From Octopus sinensis (Eukaryota): a DNA stretch of 64,000 nucleotides. Made by a program: the position numbers and the translations under genes. The DNA lies in NCBI RefSeq assembly GCF_006345805.1, contig NC_042998.1, positions 157,046,001 through 157,110,000 on the forward strand, given 5' to 3'. The notes beneath the pieces were generated by a model that saw only the letters and a list, made by a program, of their open reading frames with translations, had not been told where the DNA came from and did not search any database. Numbering within the stretch: the stretch's first letter is position 1; each line of letters begins with the position of its first letter. Below are positions 1-12,313 of this stretch, in pieces.

Positions 1-3000
1 AAATTTGTTATAATTGTGAAAAATATAATATAACCATATACATATAAATATAAAAATGTAAAATATAAAAAATATAAAAACTTATACATCATAATGCTAC
101 ACTTATATAATATAATACTTATTGGTACAATAAAGGAAGGTAAACAGAACAAAATAAAACAAAATATATATCAGTGTATATACTAATATTAATAAGTACC
201 GATATTATACATATTTGGCTAATAGTTTTTTTTGTTTTTTTTTTAAAAAAACTAACACATAGGGAGATGAAAAATAATAATTAAAACCATGGTTCAGTTC
301 ATAAAATTCTAAAGCTATGAAAGTTAATAAAAATTACTATTAATATTAATAATAATAATAATAATAATAAAAATAATAATAATAATAATAGATACAGTTA
401 AGTTAGCACCAAGTCCATCCTTTCAAGATCGAAATAACTATGAGTTTAGAAATGCTGATCACTAGGTAAAGAAAATTTAGATTAATTCGATTGGCTATTG
501 GTTTGAAATTTAAATCACAAAAGAAAATTATACGGTTGGTTAGTCACGGAACGCCAATATTCACACACGCATCTACAGATCAATCGCACATACACACATA
601 GTTATATGTATATACATACACTTATACACATACATAATCACAAGCAACAACTAGCACATAGATAAACAAAAAGGGAAGCAACTATGCTACCATTTAGTCC
701 TTCAAAATTATAACTGTGCTTCAAATAACGAAAAAAGAACCACCCATGCATTTCATAAAATATTTAATTTAGATATAAATATATTTTTAAATATCAATAT
801 GTTACTAAGTCAGAAAATTATTTCATGGGTAACTTAAAATTTATAACACCGGTTTGTTGCATAGTAAACATACGGTTGTTAGATTTATCGTAAGTTTGTT
901 ATGATTCCAAGTACGCTAAATTATAAAATATAAAATATATATTAATTTATATTATAAATAAATCACTTATTTACTTAATAAATTTAATGCCATAATATAC
1001 CAGTTTAGGCATTAAAAAATAGAAGGGGAAGTACTAATGTAAACGCTTATGAGAACATCACAGAAATTTTTAAAAATTTATATTATAAATACTTAAGGTA
1101 AAATGTGAAAAGATAAATAAGAAGGAATAAAAACTAAGGAATAAATACGGTTATACACATATTATAAGTACAAACCAGTATATATGTATTCATATATTAT
1201 TAAAATTAAATAAAAATAAATGATAGATATGTATGTATAAAACTACCCTAGTATAAGTAAATAAGTAAAAAATAAATAGATAACAAATTAGATGACTTGA
1301 TATGTATGTAAACATCTACACTTAAATAGGCAAATAAATAAATAATTAGAAGACTAAATGCAGAGATTGATAACATTACAATAAAATAAAATAAAATAAA
1401 AATAAAAAATAAATAAAGTGAATATATATGTTATATTGTTGAAAGTAAATATGTATGGAAGGATAATTTAAAGTACAGATCCAGAGGACTATAGATATAA
1501 ACTAAATATATAAGGCTGGTAATATTTATAAAGCCAAATGTATGTAAATGAGAAAATGAAAAAAATGAAAAAAATGAAAAAGGTTTATTAGTGAGTAGCA
1601 TAAGATACAAATTAAGGTGAGTACAAAGAAAGACCAATATACAATAAAAACCTTCCAAAAACACATACAAAAAACCTATATTCTCTACCTAAACACACCA
1701 AACTTATAAAAGGCTCTCATATATTACATATTATACAATATCCTTACATTATCTAGAGCTAGGTATCTAACCAAGATATACATATATACTATGCAATATA
1801 CTATGCAATATTAGAAAACTTCAAAAATCACATATTACAAGGCAAATACCAAAATGAATATGTTATATCGTGTCATATTGCATTTCCCTTAAAAAACAAA
1901 CAAAAACCCACATACAAAAAACAAGAAACAAATAATACTAGACACATCTATTATTATTATACAAATGTAGCTATAAAAATTATAAATTTATAATTTGTAT
2001 ACTTAAGAATTATAGAAGACCACAGGTATAGTTAGTTAAAGAAGGGAGTTCAAAAATTAATAATAGTGGAAGTGCTAAGTTCTATTTGAATCTAGAAAAG
2101 GTGAACGGTAGCCTATGAATGCAAAAGAAGTTTTTTTCATTAATGTTGTTAATAATTTGCCGACCCGCTTTAATAATGAAAAAAATTTCATTAATACATA
2201 GAGAGCATTTTTTATTTTTTCCATTATACACAGGTGCTGAAGTTAGTATTTTCCAGTTTAATCTAAAATCTAAGTTCTTACTTTTAAGTTCCCAAATGTA
2301 AGCACTTAGCCCTGTAGAGTACATTCTATTTTTATTTCTAAAAGTATATCTGTGATAATTCAATCTTTGTTTTATGCTATTCATAGTTGCCCCGATATAC
2401 ACCCTACTACTCAATTGTGTATCTACAGTGCATTGGTAAACTACCTCCTTCCTGAGGCATTGATTACCAAATACACATTTATTTTTGTTTCTGAAATTAC
2501 AAAGATTAACAGAATGAGGAAATCTAAGATTGGTCTCCACCCCTATACTACCATTCACATTATAAGTGTTACAATTGTTATCATCATCCAAACCCAAAAT
2601 CAACGAATGAGTTAATTTCACATTATCGGCTATATTCCTATCACTAGTACTAGTATTGGTAGTAGTAGTATGATCTATTACATTTATATTATCTCTGACA
2701 GGTACGGTGCACTCATTATTAGTAAGGGGGTTGTTCACATTCGTTCTAAGAAAGTTTCTGTTCCTATTATTATTAAAGAGGGGCACATTTCCCTGGTCTA
2801 AATTCAATTTTCTATCCTTATAGAAGTGATCCAGTTTCCTGTTATTAAAAGAGGAGATAATGGTGGCTAGATTATGGGTAATGCTATATCCCACTCTAAC
2901 AGTACTGTTGTTAATTAAAGGACTAAATTTATTCTTATCCTTACCAAAATGCCTAAATATAACATTATGCAAAGCTCTCACTATGTTTGTTTTAATCTGC

Positions 3001-3417
3001 ATTGCATATGGGATAATCAACCATAGTGTATCCTTATCAGAAATAGGATTGCCTATAGAATTATTGTTATTTGTAAAAATCCTATTCCTAGACCAACCCA
3101 TAGGATTACTATTCTTACCACTGTCATTATATCTATCTATATCAATATTCCCATGGTTATTGCGCAAGTAAACTTTACCATTATCATGTCTACCATAAGT
3201 TTTAATTAGTATATTATTATTAATATTACTACTATTACCCGTATGCTCAGATCTATTTGAGCTACCGTTCACCTTTCCGAGGTTAACATCACTTCTACAT
3301 TTATTATAGGTGTTATCATATATTCCATTTTTACTATTCATATGTATATTGTTGCTTATCCTAAATCTATTGGTGTTGTTCCTGATAGTTCTACCTCCAT
3401 TAGGAGGGTTCCCCTTA
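1..3417 (-). mobile_element. Penelope-like element, inverted copy (left arm of palindrome; may extend beyond window start)
   Basis: Reverse complement of 3609-7039. Carries ORF 2082-3341 with PLE linker (RVGYSITHNLATII) and GIY-YIG endonuclease (VVYQC...YIGAT...KQRLNYH...CSLC). Confidence 0.9.
2082..3341 (-). CDS. PLE linker plus GIY-YIG endonuclease, C-terminal part of PLE ORF (RT missing)
   Basis: 419 aa ORF with C-x-C/F-x5-C-x5-C region preceding VVY...YIG and a CxLC insertion, as in GIY-YIG PLEs. Confidence 0.85.
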   Translation of the reverse strand: MNSKNGIYDNTYNKCRSDVNLGKVNGSSNRSEHTGNSSNINNNILIKTYGRHDNGKVYLRNNHGNIDIDRYNDSGKNSNPMGWSRNRIFTNNNNSIGNPISDKDTLWLIIPYAMQIKTNIVRALHNVIFRHFGKDKNKFSPLINNSTVRVGYSITHNLATIISSFNNRKLDHFYKDRKLNLDQGNVPLFNNNRNRNFLRTNVNNPLTNNECTVPVRDNINVIDHTTTTNTSTSDRNIADNVKLTHSLILGLDDDNNCNTYNVNGSIGVETNLRFPHSVNLCNFRNKNKCVFGNQCLRKEVVYQCTVDTQLSSRVYIGATMNSIKQRLNYHRYTFRNKNRMYSTGLSAYIWELKSKNLDFRLNWKILTSAPVYNGKNKKCSLCINEIFFIIKAGRQIINNINEKNFFCIHRLPFTFSRFK

Positions 3418-6400
3418 CCTAATTCTAACCTAATATATATTAACCGTTCAAGTAATCACCCCCCTCAAATTAAAAATGCACTAGTGCGTAGCATTAGTCA
3501 GAGAATTTCTAGTTTATCCTCTAACGAGGAAATTTTTAACAAGCATTGTGATAGATACAATGAAGCATTGCTTAAGGCAGGATACAAAAGTAAGATATGG
3601 TTTATACCTAAGGGGAACCCTCCTAATGGAGGTAGAACTATCAGGAACAACACCAATAGATTTAGGATAAGCAACAATATACATATGAATAGTAAAAATG
3701 GAATATATGATAACACCTATAATAAATGTAGAAGTGATGTTAACCTCGGAAAGATGAACGGTAGCTCAAATAGATCTGAGCATACGGGTAATAGTAGTAA
3801 TATTAATAATAATATACTAATTAAAACTTATGGTAGACATGATAATGGTAAAGTTTACTTGCGCAATAACCATGGGAATATTGATATAGATAGATATAAT
3901 GACAGTGGTAAGAATAGTAATCCTATGGTTGGTCTAGGAATAGGATTTTTACAAATAACAATAATTCTATAGGCAATCCTATTTCTGATAAGGATACACT
4001 ATGGTTGATTATCCCATATGCAATGCAGATTAAACAACATAGTGAGAGCTTTGCATAATGTTATATTTAGGCATTTTGGTAAGGATAAGAATAAATTTAG
4101 TCCTTTAATTAACAACAGTACTGTTAGAGTGGGATATAGCATTACCCATAATCTAGCCACCATTATCTCCTCTTTTAATAACAGGAAACTGGATCACTTC
4201 TATAAGGATAGAAAATTGAATTTAGACCACGGAAATGTGCCCCTCTTTAATAATAATAGGAACAGAAACTTTCTTAGAACGAATGTGAACAACCCCCTTA
4301 CTAATAATGAGTGCACCGTACCTGTCAGAGATAATATAAATGTAATAGATCATACTACTACTACCAATACTAGTACTAGTGATAGGAATATAGCCGATAA
4401 TGTGAAATTAACTCATTCGTTGATTTTGGGTTTGGATGATGATAACAATTGTAACACTTATAATGTGAATGGTAGTATAGGGGTGGAGACCAATCTTAGA
4501 TTTCCTCATTCTGTTAATCTTTGTAATTTCAGAAACAAAAATAAATGTGTATTTGGTAATCAATGCCTCAGGAAGGAGGTAGTTTACCAATGCACTGTAG
4601 ATACACAATTGAGTAGTAGGGTGTATATCGGGGCAACTATGAATAGCATAAAACAAAGATTGAATTATCACAGATATACTTTTAGAAATAAAAATAGAAT
4701 GTACTCTACAGGCTAAGTGCTTACATTTGGGAACTTAAAAGTAAGAACTTAGATTTTAGATTAAACTGGAAAATACTAACTTCAGCACCTGTGTATAATG
4801 GAAAAAATAAAAAATGCTCTCTATGTATTAATGAAATTTTTTTCATTATTAAAGCGGGTCGGCAAATTATTAACAACATTAATGAAAAAAACTTCTTTTG
4901 CATTCATAGGCTACCGTTCACCTTTTCTAGATTCAAATAGAACTTAGCACTTCCACTATTATTAATTTTTGAACTCCCTTCTTTAACTAACTATACCTGT
5001 GGTCTTCTATAATTCTTAAGTATACAAATTATAAATTTATAATTTTATAATTTTTATAGCTACATTTGTATAATAATATAGATGTGTCTAGTATTATTTG
5101 TTTCTTGTTTTTTGTATGTGGGTTTTGTTTGTTTTTAAGGGAAATGCAATATGACACGATATAACATATTCATTTTGGTATTTGCCTTGTAATATGTGAT
5201 TTTTGAAGTTTTCTAATATTGCATAGTATATTGCATAGTATATATGTATATCTTGGTTAGATACCTAGCTCTAGATAATGTAAGGATATTGTATAATATG
5301 TAATATATGAGAGCCTTTTATAAGTTTGGTGTGTTTAGGTAGAGAATATAGGTTTTTTGTATGTGTTTATTTGGAAGGTTTTTATTGTATATTTGGTTTT
5401 TCTTTGTACTCACCTTAATTTGTATCTTATGCTACTCACTAATAAACCTTTTTCATTTTTTTCATTTTTTTCATTTTCTCATTTACATACATTTGGCTTT
5501 ATAAATATTACCAGCCTTATATATTTAGTTTATATCTATAGTCCTCTGGATCTGTACTTTAAATTATCCTTCCATACATATTTACTTTCAACAATATAAC
5601 ATATATATTCACTTTATTTATTTTTTATTTTTTATTTTATTTTATTTTATTGTAATGTTATCAATCTCTGCATTTAGTCTCCTAATTATTTATTTATTTG
5701 CCTATTTAAGTGTAGATGTTTACATACATATCAAGTCATCTAATTTGTTATCTATTTATTTTTTACTTATTTACTTATACTAGGGTAGTTTTATACATAC
5801 ATATCTATCATTTATTTTTATTTAATTTTAATAATATATGAATACATATATACTGGTTTGTACTTATAATATGTGTATAACCGTATTTATTCCTTAGTTT
5901 TTATTCCTTCTTATTTATCTTTTCACATTTTACCTTAAGTATTTATAATATAAATTTTTAAAAATTTCTGTGATGTTCTCATAAGCGTTTACATTAGTAC
6001 TTCCCCTTCTATTTTTTAATGCCTAAACTGGTATATTATGGCATTAAATTTATTAAGTAAATAAGTGATTTATTTATAATATATAAATTAATATATATTT
6101 TATATTTTATAATTTAGCGTACTTGGAATCATAACAAACTTACGATAAATCTAACAACCGTATGTTTACTATGCAACAACCGGTGTTATAAATTTTAAGT
6201 TACCCATGAAATAATTTTCTGACTTAGTAACATATTGATATTTAAAAATATATTTATATCTAAATTAAATATTTTATGAAATGCATGGGTGGTTCTTTTT
6301 CGTTATTTGAAGCACAGTTATAATTTTGAAGGACTAAATGGTAGCATAGTTGCTTCCCTTTTTGTTTATCTATGTGCTAGTTGTTGCTTGTGATTATGTA

Positions 6401-6774
6401 TGTGTATAAGTGTATGTATATACATATAACTATGTGTGTATGTGCGATTGATCTGTAGATGCGTGTGTGAATATTGGCGTTCCGTGACTAACCAACCGTA
6501 TAATTTTCTTTTGTGATTTAAATTTCAAACCAATAGCCAATCGAATTAATCTAAATTTTCTTTACCTAGTGATCAGCATTTCTAAACTCATAGTTATTTC
6601 GATCTTGAAAGGATGGACTTGGTGCTAACTTAACTGTATCTATTATTATTATTATTATTTTTATTATTATTATTATTATTAATATTAATAGTAATTTTTA
6701 TTAACTTTCATAGCTTTAGAATTTTATGAACTGAACCATGGTTTTAATTATTATTTTTCATCTCCCTATGTGTT

Positions 6775-6806
<32 letters not shown>

Positions 6807-7522
6807 CTATTAGCCAAATATGTATAATATCGGTACTTATTAATATTAGTATATACACTGATATATATTTTGTTTTATTTTGTTCTGTTTACCTTCCTTT
6901 ATTGTACCAATAAGTATTATATTATATAAGTGTAGCATTATGATGTATAAGTTTTTATATTTTTTATATTTTACATTTTTATATTTTTATATTTATATGT
7001 ATATGGTTATATTATATTTTTCACAATTATAACAAATTTAATTTAATTCTCTGAAGAGGCCGTGGGGCATCCTTGTTAATGCCTCATTTATACCTGCCTT
7101 TATGGCTTAGAGGTTAAATGAGGTATGACTGCCCTCACTGCCGAAACAGCTGTCAGTTTTGATTTAATTGCATATTATATTTGAAAATTTTTTACTTATA
7201 TCTCTTTATCTTTTTACTATTACTGTATATCTCATTTTATATAATGCCTTTACTCATATGTAATGGTGTATTAAAGTATTGATTGGGTATCATCGGATAG
7301 TTGATGTTTTATTGATTTAAGTATGTTTCTCCATTCTCTAATTTTGTAGTATTAATTTACGGTAATTTTATTACCTTTACCCATATAATACAATAGATGA
7401 ACTGATTGTTTGACAATTTTTAACATCTATGTATTAATCTTGTTGGGTACCTATCTGGCAGTATATTGGATATATATTATCCCATTGTGGGTTGAATTTT
7501 CAACCCCTATCTCATTTTATAA

Positions 7523-7525
<3 letters not shown>
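3418..7525 (+). mobile_element. 5'-truncated Penelope-like element (RT thumb, linker, GIY-YIG, long AT-rich 3' region, hammerhead)
   Basis: 3418-3608 encodes YINRSSNHPPQIKNALVRSISQRISSLSSNEEIF...YNEALLKAGY (PLE RT thumb). The downstream ORF is broken by 1-nt homopolymer deletions near 3927, 4030-4036 and 4711. Right end taken at the (TA)n at 7526 (approximate). Confidence 0.85.
7040..7170 (+). ncRNA. Type I hammerhead ribozyme with extended stem II
   Basis: CTGAAGA 7051-7057; GGC...GCC closing a long hairpin; GAAA 7143-7146; palindromic stem III ACAGCTGT; GTC cleavage triplet 7152-7154. Confidence 0.8.
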
Positions 7526-7568
<43 letters not shown>

Positions 7569-7652
7569 AATGTAAAAAAATACAAACTGGGACAAGAACG
7601 TGAAACATTTAGAAGACGATACAAAAAACACGGACGGGACATTCGAAGCCTT

Positions 7653-7730
<78 letters not shown>
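7526..7730. repeat. (TA)n and (GA)n microsatellites
   Basis: Pure dinucleotide runs at 7526-7563 and ~7652-7730. Confidence 0.95.
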
Positions 7731-7735
<5 letters not shown>

Positions 7736-7869
7736 TGGAAAGTAACAAGGTATTAGAAATTGCTTATAGAATTTTTAGTATCACTGAAGTCACGAGGAAA
7801 ACATCTTTTAAATAGATGTCACTAATGGGGATTTCTTATTTTCTTATTGTCTTATTTCTTATTTTCCAG

Positions 7870-8427
7870 ATGGCCGGTCGCTTATCTGTTTAGGAGCGAG
7901 CTAAGATAGCAGCATGCTATGAAGTGTGAAATCCCATTGTTTTGGTTCAGAGATGGTGGCGTGCATGGAAAGGTCGGCATGCGACACTACATCCCGAGAC
8001 AATATGAAGTTGTCATGCAAAGCTGATGACCACGGACTCCGCGAACGATGCAAGAAGTGGCTCTCTAACCAGACCGCAAAAATCAACACACCAAGCAGCC
8101 CATGGAAGCAGACTAACAAAACACACAATACGTACGGTGTTGCATAAAGAATTGAAATTTCGCCTGTGGAAACCCCATTACGTGTAGGAGCTAAAGCCTG
8201 ATGAGTGTGACCGCAGAAGTCCAGGACTCCAAGAAGTCCAGATCTCACTCCATGTGATTTTTATCTGTGGGGTTACACAAAAGAGGTGTACACTGGAGGA
8301 CTTGAAGACATGGATTCAGGAGGTTCTCAATGATATCCCAGACGACGTCCTTCAGAAAGTTGTTCATTCCATCCCTGGCTGTTTGAGGAAACTGGTTGAC
8401 GCTACCGGTGCTTACATTGAAATATGA
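7870..8427 (+). pseudogene. Internally deleted Tc1/mariner-type transposase
   Basis: N-terminal HTH-like MAGRLSV*ERAKIAACYEV...VQRWWR; SPDLTPCDFYLWGYTK motif; C-terminal ...KLVDATGAYIEI*; contains stops. Confidence 0.75.
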
Positions 8428-8538
8428 AGATTTACTTTCATTTCCCCATGTAATAAACAACATATATCATTTCTTTCAATAAATTTGTAAAAGGAATATG
8501 GATTTCATTACCAATGCCTACTTACTTTTCACTCATCC

Positions 8539-8604
8539 AGTGTGTATGTGCGTATGTATGTATGTATGTATGTATGTATGTATGTATGTATGTATGTATG
8601 TATG

Positions 8605-8645
<41 letters not shown>
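8539..8645. repeat. (TATG)n-(TA)n microsatellite
   Basis: Direct reading. Confidence 0.95.
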
Positions 8646-8651
<6 letters not shown>

Positions 8652-8834
8652 GTTGTATACTGTCAATCTGACAAGAACGTGACAGTAGGGGGTACACCAC
8701 CGTTGTATAGCCCTAGGAGGCATCGAACGCCTCATGACAGCTTCGACACATTTTTTCCCTGTGTCCTTATATACATATACGAAGGGGAGACAAACACCCC
8801 CAACCGCCAGAACTGCATCTCCCCTTCGTATATG

Positions 8835-8842
8835 TATATAAG
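8835..8842 (+). promoter_or_regulatory. Candidate TATA box (TATATAAG) in LTR-like repeat
   Basis: The motif lies in both repeats of this element, and a similar motif is in the 59 kb copy, upstream of the ORF; function inferred. Confidence 0.35.
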
Positions 8843-9208
8843 GACACAGGGAAAAAATGTGTCGAAGCTGTCAGGAGGCGTTCGATGCCTCCTAGGGCTA
8901 TACAACGGTGGTGTACCCCCTACTGTCACGTTCTTGTTAGATTGACAGTATACAACCATTCTATCGCCCCGCCACCGTACAGGTCTCTACGAGAGATTTA
9001 GAAATTCAATATTTCTTATTTTGATAATCAGTGAATAGATTTCATTGAGTTTACATATATACAGATAAGAAGTCCAGACAAATATCACCACCCCCCTCTT
9101 TTTTTGGTTATTGTGGTGTGTTTGTTTCGAGTGCGTCATTGTGAAGAGGTTGTGAGTTCGAGTTCGTTGGAGGACGTTGAAAAGTTTTTTGTTGGAGATT
9201 TTTTGAAA

Positions 9209-10557
9209 ATGCAAGAGCAGACTTATGCGAGAGCAGCAGGCAGAGACCTAGTTGCCAGTGAACAGGAGATGGAAGAAGTGGTGGTCGAGCAGAAAACTCT
9301 AGAGAAGTATTTCGACAGTTTGAAGAGGGAGGGTGACTGCGTGAGAGTCACACCGTCCGAGGAGGAAGAAAGCAACGCGGAGAAGCGTATAATAACGTAC
9401 AGGACATGGTGTGTGGCGTCGAAAAAAGTAGAAGTAGCAGAAACGGAAGAAGTAGAAAAGTGTCTGAAGGAAATTGAGGGTGAACCCACATTTTACAAAA
9501 GAGGAAGGAAATATGCCACAGTGGTGGTATATTTTAAAACAGAAAATGAAGCAAAAAAGAATGCAACAAGAATTTTGAAAACGGATAAGTGGACTTTACT
9601 ACCAAGTTACTGCGGAAAGAGGGCAGTGAGGATGAGAATTAGCAGAATTTCGCCCGAATTTAATATGGAGAGGTTGTTGGCGGCAGTGGTTTTCAACTGC
9701 AAGGATAGTGTGGAGGTGTTGAAGGTGGAGAAGTCAACAGAGGTTAAGTGGTGGGGATATACGGTGCAGGTTCTGGCACACATAACTGTGCGAGACCTGT
9801 ACCGGAAGAGTTGGTCTACCCTGATGAGACACGGCTTAGAGTCGTGGTAGAAGGAAGACCCCCAGTCTGCTATAATTGTAAATCAAGGGGCCACATGAAG
9901 GATGTGTGCCCGCGGGAAAAAACGAAAGCACCGGAGGCTGTAATAGAGGAGTGTAAAGATGCGTGTGTGGAGGAGGGAGAAGTGCAGGAGGAAACAAAAG
10001 AGCAGCTAAATGAGGATACGGAAGAAGAACGAGCAAGTGCAGAGGAGGAAAGAACAGAAGATAGGAAGAGAACAAGGGTGGAATCACCACCGGAAGTGCA
10101 AAAAAAGAAAAAAATCAAAAGCAAGATAACAGAAGAAAAAGAAGAGAGAACACGCAAAGAACAGGAAGTAAAAGAGAAGGCGAGAGAGCAGCCAAGGTCA
10201 GAGTTTGACCAAGAATGGGAGACAAGAGTGAAAGAGCAGTTGGAAGCGTGTAAAAAGGGAATAAGGCCTGCAGGAAAAAACCTGAAAGTAGTTGTGATGT
10301 ATATCAAGAATACAGAAGTGGAAAAGAGACTTGCAGGTAGGAAAGGGTTGGTCAGGGTGAAGTTGAACCCCAAACTGTATGGTGACGATGTAAAAGGCGC
10401 AGTTATAGAAAAAGAAACATTCACAAAATTAAAAAAGATATTTAATGCTATTTATATAACGCATTATGTACGGTATGACAATTTACCAAATGTAATAGAC
10501 CAAATGGACTTAATAGAATATATGACGGACGAACGTCCAATAGAACTGAAATGTTAA
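9209..10557 (+). pseudogene. L1/Tx1 ORF1-like nucleic-acid-binding protein with CCHC zinc knuckle, unit 1 (one frameshift)
   Basis: RVVVEGRPPVCYNCKSRGHMKDVC knuckle followed by a Glu/Lys-rich region. A 7-nt deletion near 9800 relative to the 60 kb copy splits ORFs 9104-9850 and 9748-10557. Confidence 0.75.
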
Positions 10558-10976
10558 AATTGTAACATTGTGAATTGTAAAAAGTAAAGTTGTATTTTGA
10601 ACAGGAATATATGTAATGTTAAAATGTAAAATTGTAAATTGTAAAATTATTGTATTTTGAACTGGAATATATGTTACTGTAAAATGTAAAATTGTAATTT
10701 AAACGGAACTGCGAGTTGGGGGTTCGTAAGCCGTTCCATCTCATTATATATAATTCATCTTTATTTCATATTTTATTTTTACTTTATGTACCCCATGTCC
10801 CGTCTTGTAATGTCCCCCTCTTCGTGGCCCCTTTGTGGGTAATAAAGAATCATCACCACCCCCCTCTTTTTTTTGGTTATTGTGGTGTGTTTGTTTCGAG
10901 TGCGTCATTGTGAAGAGGTTGTGAGTTCGAGTTCGTTGGAGGACGTTGAAAAGATTTTTGTTGGAGATTTTTGAAA

Positions 10977-12313
10977 ATGCAAGAGCAGACTTATGCGAGA
11001 GCAGCAGGCAGAGGCCTAGTTGCCAGTGAACTGGAAATGGAAGAAGTGGTGGTCGAACAGAAAACTCTAGAGAAGTATTTCGACAGTTTGAAGAGGGAGG
11101 GTGACTGCGTGAGAGTCACACCCTCCGAGGAGGAAGAAAGCAACGTGGAGAAGCGTATGATAACGTACAGGACATGGTGTGTGGCGTCGAAAAAAGTAGA
11201 AGTAGCAGAAACGGAAGAAGTAGAAAAGTGTCTGAAGGAAATTGAGGGTGAACCCACATTTTTCAAAAGAGGAAGGAAATATGCCACAGTGGTGGTATAT
11301 TTTAAAACAGAAAATGAAGCAAAAAATAATGCAACAAGAATTTTGAAAACGGATAAGTGGACTTTACTACCAAGTTACTGCGGAAGGAGGGCAGTGAGGA
11401 TGAGAATTAGCAGAATTTCGCCCGAATTTAATATGGAGAGGTTGTTGGCGGCAGTGGTTTTCAACTGCAAGGATAGTGTGGAGGTGTTGAAGGTGGAGAA
11501 GTCAACAGAGGTTAAGTGGTGGGGATATACGGTGCAGGTTCTGGCACACATAACTGTGCGAGACCTGTACCGGAGGAGTTGGTCTACCCTGATGAGACAC
11601 GGCTTAGAGTCGTGGTAGAAGGAAGACCCCCAGTCTGCTATAATTGTAAATCAAGGGGCCACATGAAGGATGTGTGCCCGCGGGAAAAAACGAAAGCACC
11701 GGAGGCTGTAATAGAGGAGTGTAAAGATACGTGTGTGGAGGAGGGAGAAGTGCAGGAGGAAACAAAAGAGCAGCTAAATGAGGATACGGAAGAAGAACGA
11801 GCAAGTGCAGAGGAGGAAAGAACAGAAGATAGGAAGAGAACAAGGGTGGAATCACCACCGAAAGTTCTAAAAAAGAAAAAAATCAAAAGCAAGATAACAG
11901 AAGAAAGAGAAGAGAGAACACGCAAAGAACAGGAAGTAAAAGAGAAGGCGAGAGAGCAGCCAAGGACAGAGTTTGACCAAGAATAGGAGACAAGAGTGAA
12001 AGAGCAGTTGGAAGCGTGTAAAAAGGGAAGAAGGCCTGCAGGAAAAAACCTGAAAGTAGTTGTGATGTATATCAAGAATACAGAAGTGGAAAAGAGACTT
12101 GCAGGTAGGAAAGGGTTGGTCAGGGTGAAGTTGAACCCCAAACTGTATGGTGACGATGTAAAAGGCGCAGTTATAGAAAAAGAAACATTCACAAAATTAA
12201 AAAAGATATTTAATGCTATTTATATAACGCATTATGTACGGTATGACAATTTACCAAATGTAATAGACCAAATGGACTTAATAGAATATATGACGGACGA
12301 ACGTCCAATATAA
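10977..12313 (+). pseudogene. ORF1-like zinc-knuckle protein, unit 2 (same frameshift plus TAG at 11984-11986)
   Basis: Near-identical duplicate of unit 1. Confidence 0.75.

Noticed and set aside
1431-1670. 79-80 aa hydrophobic ORFs at 1431-1670 and 5357-5599
   Set aside because: Mirror-image ORFs in the AT-rich PLE 3' region with no motif; they are not independent evidence of coding.
8198-8230. CTGATGAG as a possible hammerhead core
   Set aside because: Lies in mariner transposase coding sequence; no stem II or GAAA follows. The same applies to 9831, 14031, 16016 and 50646.
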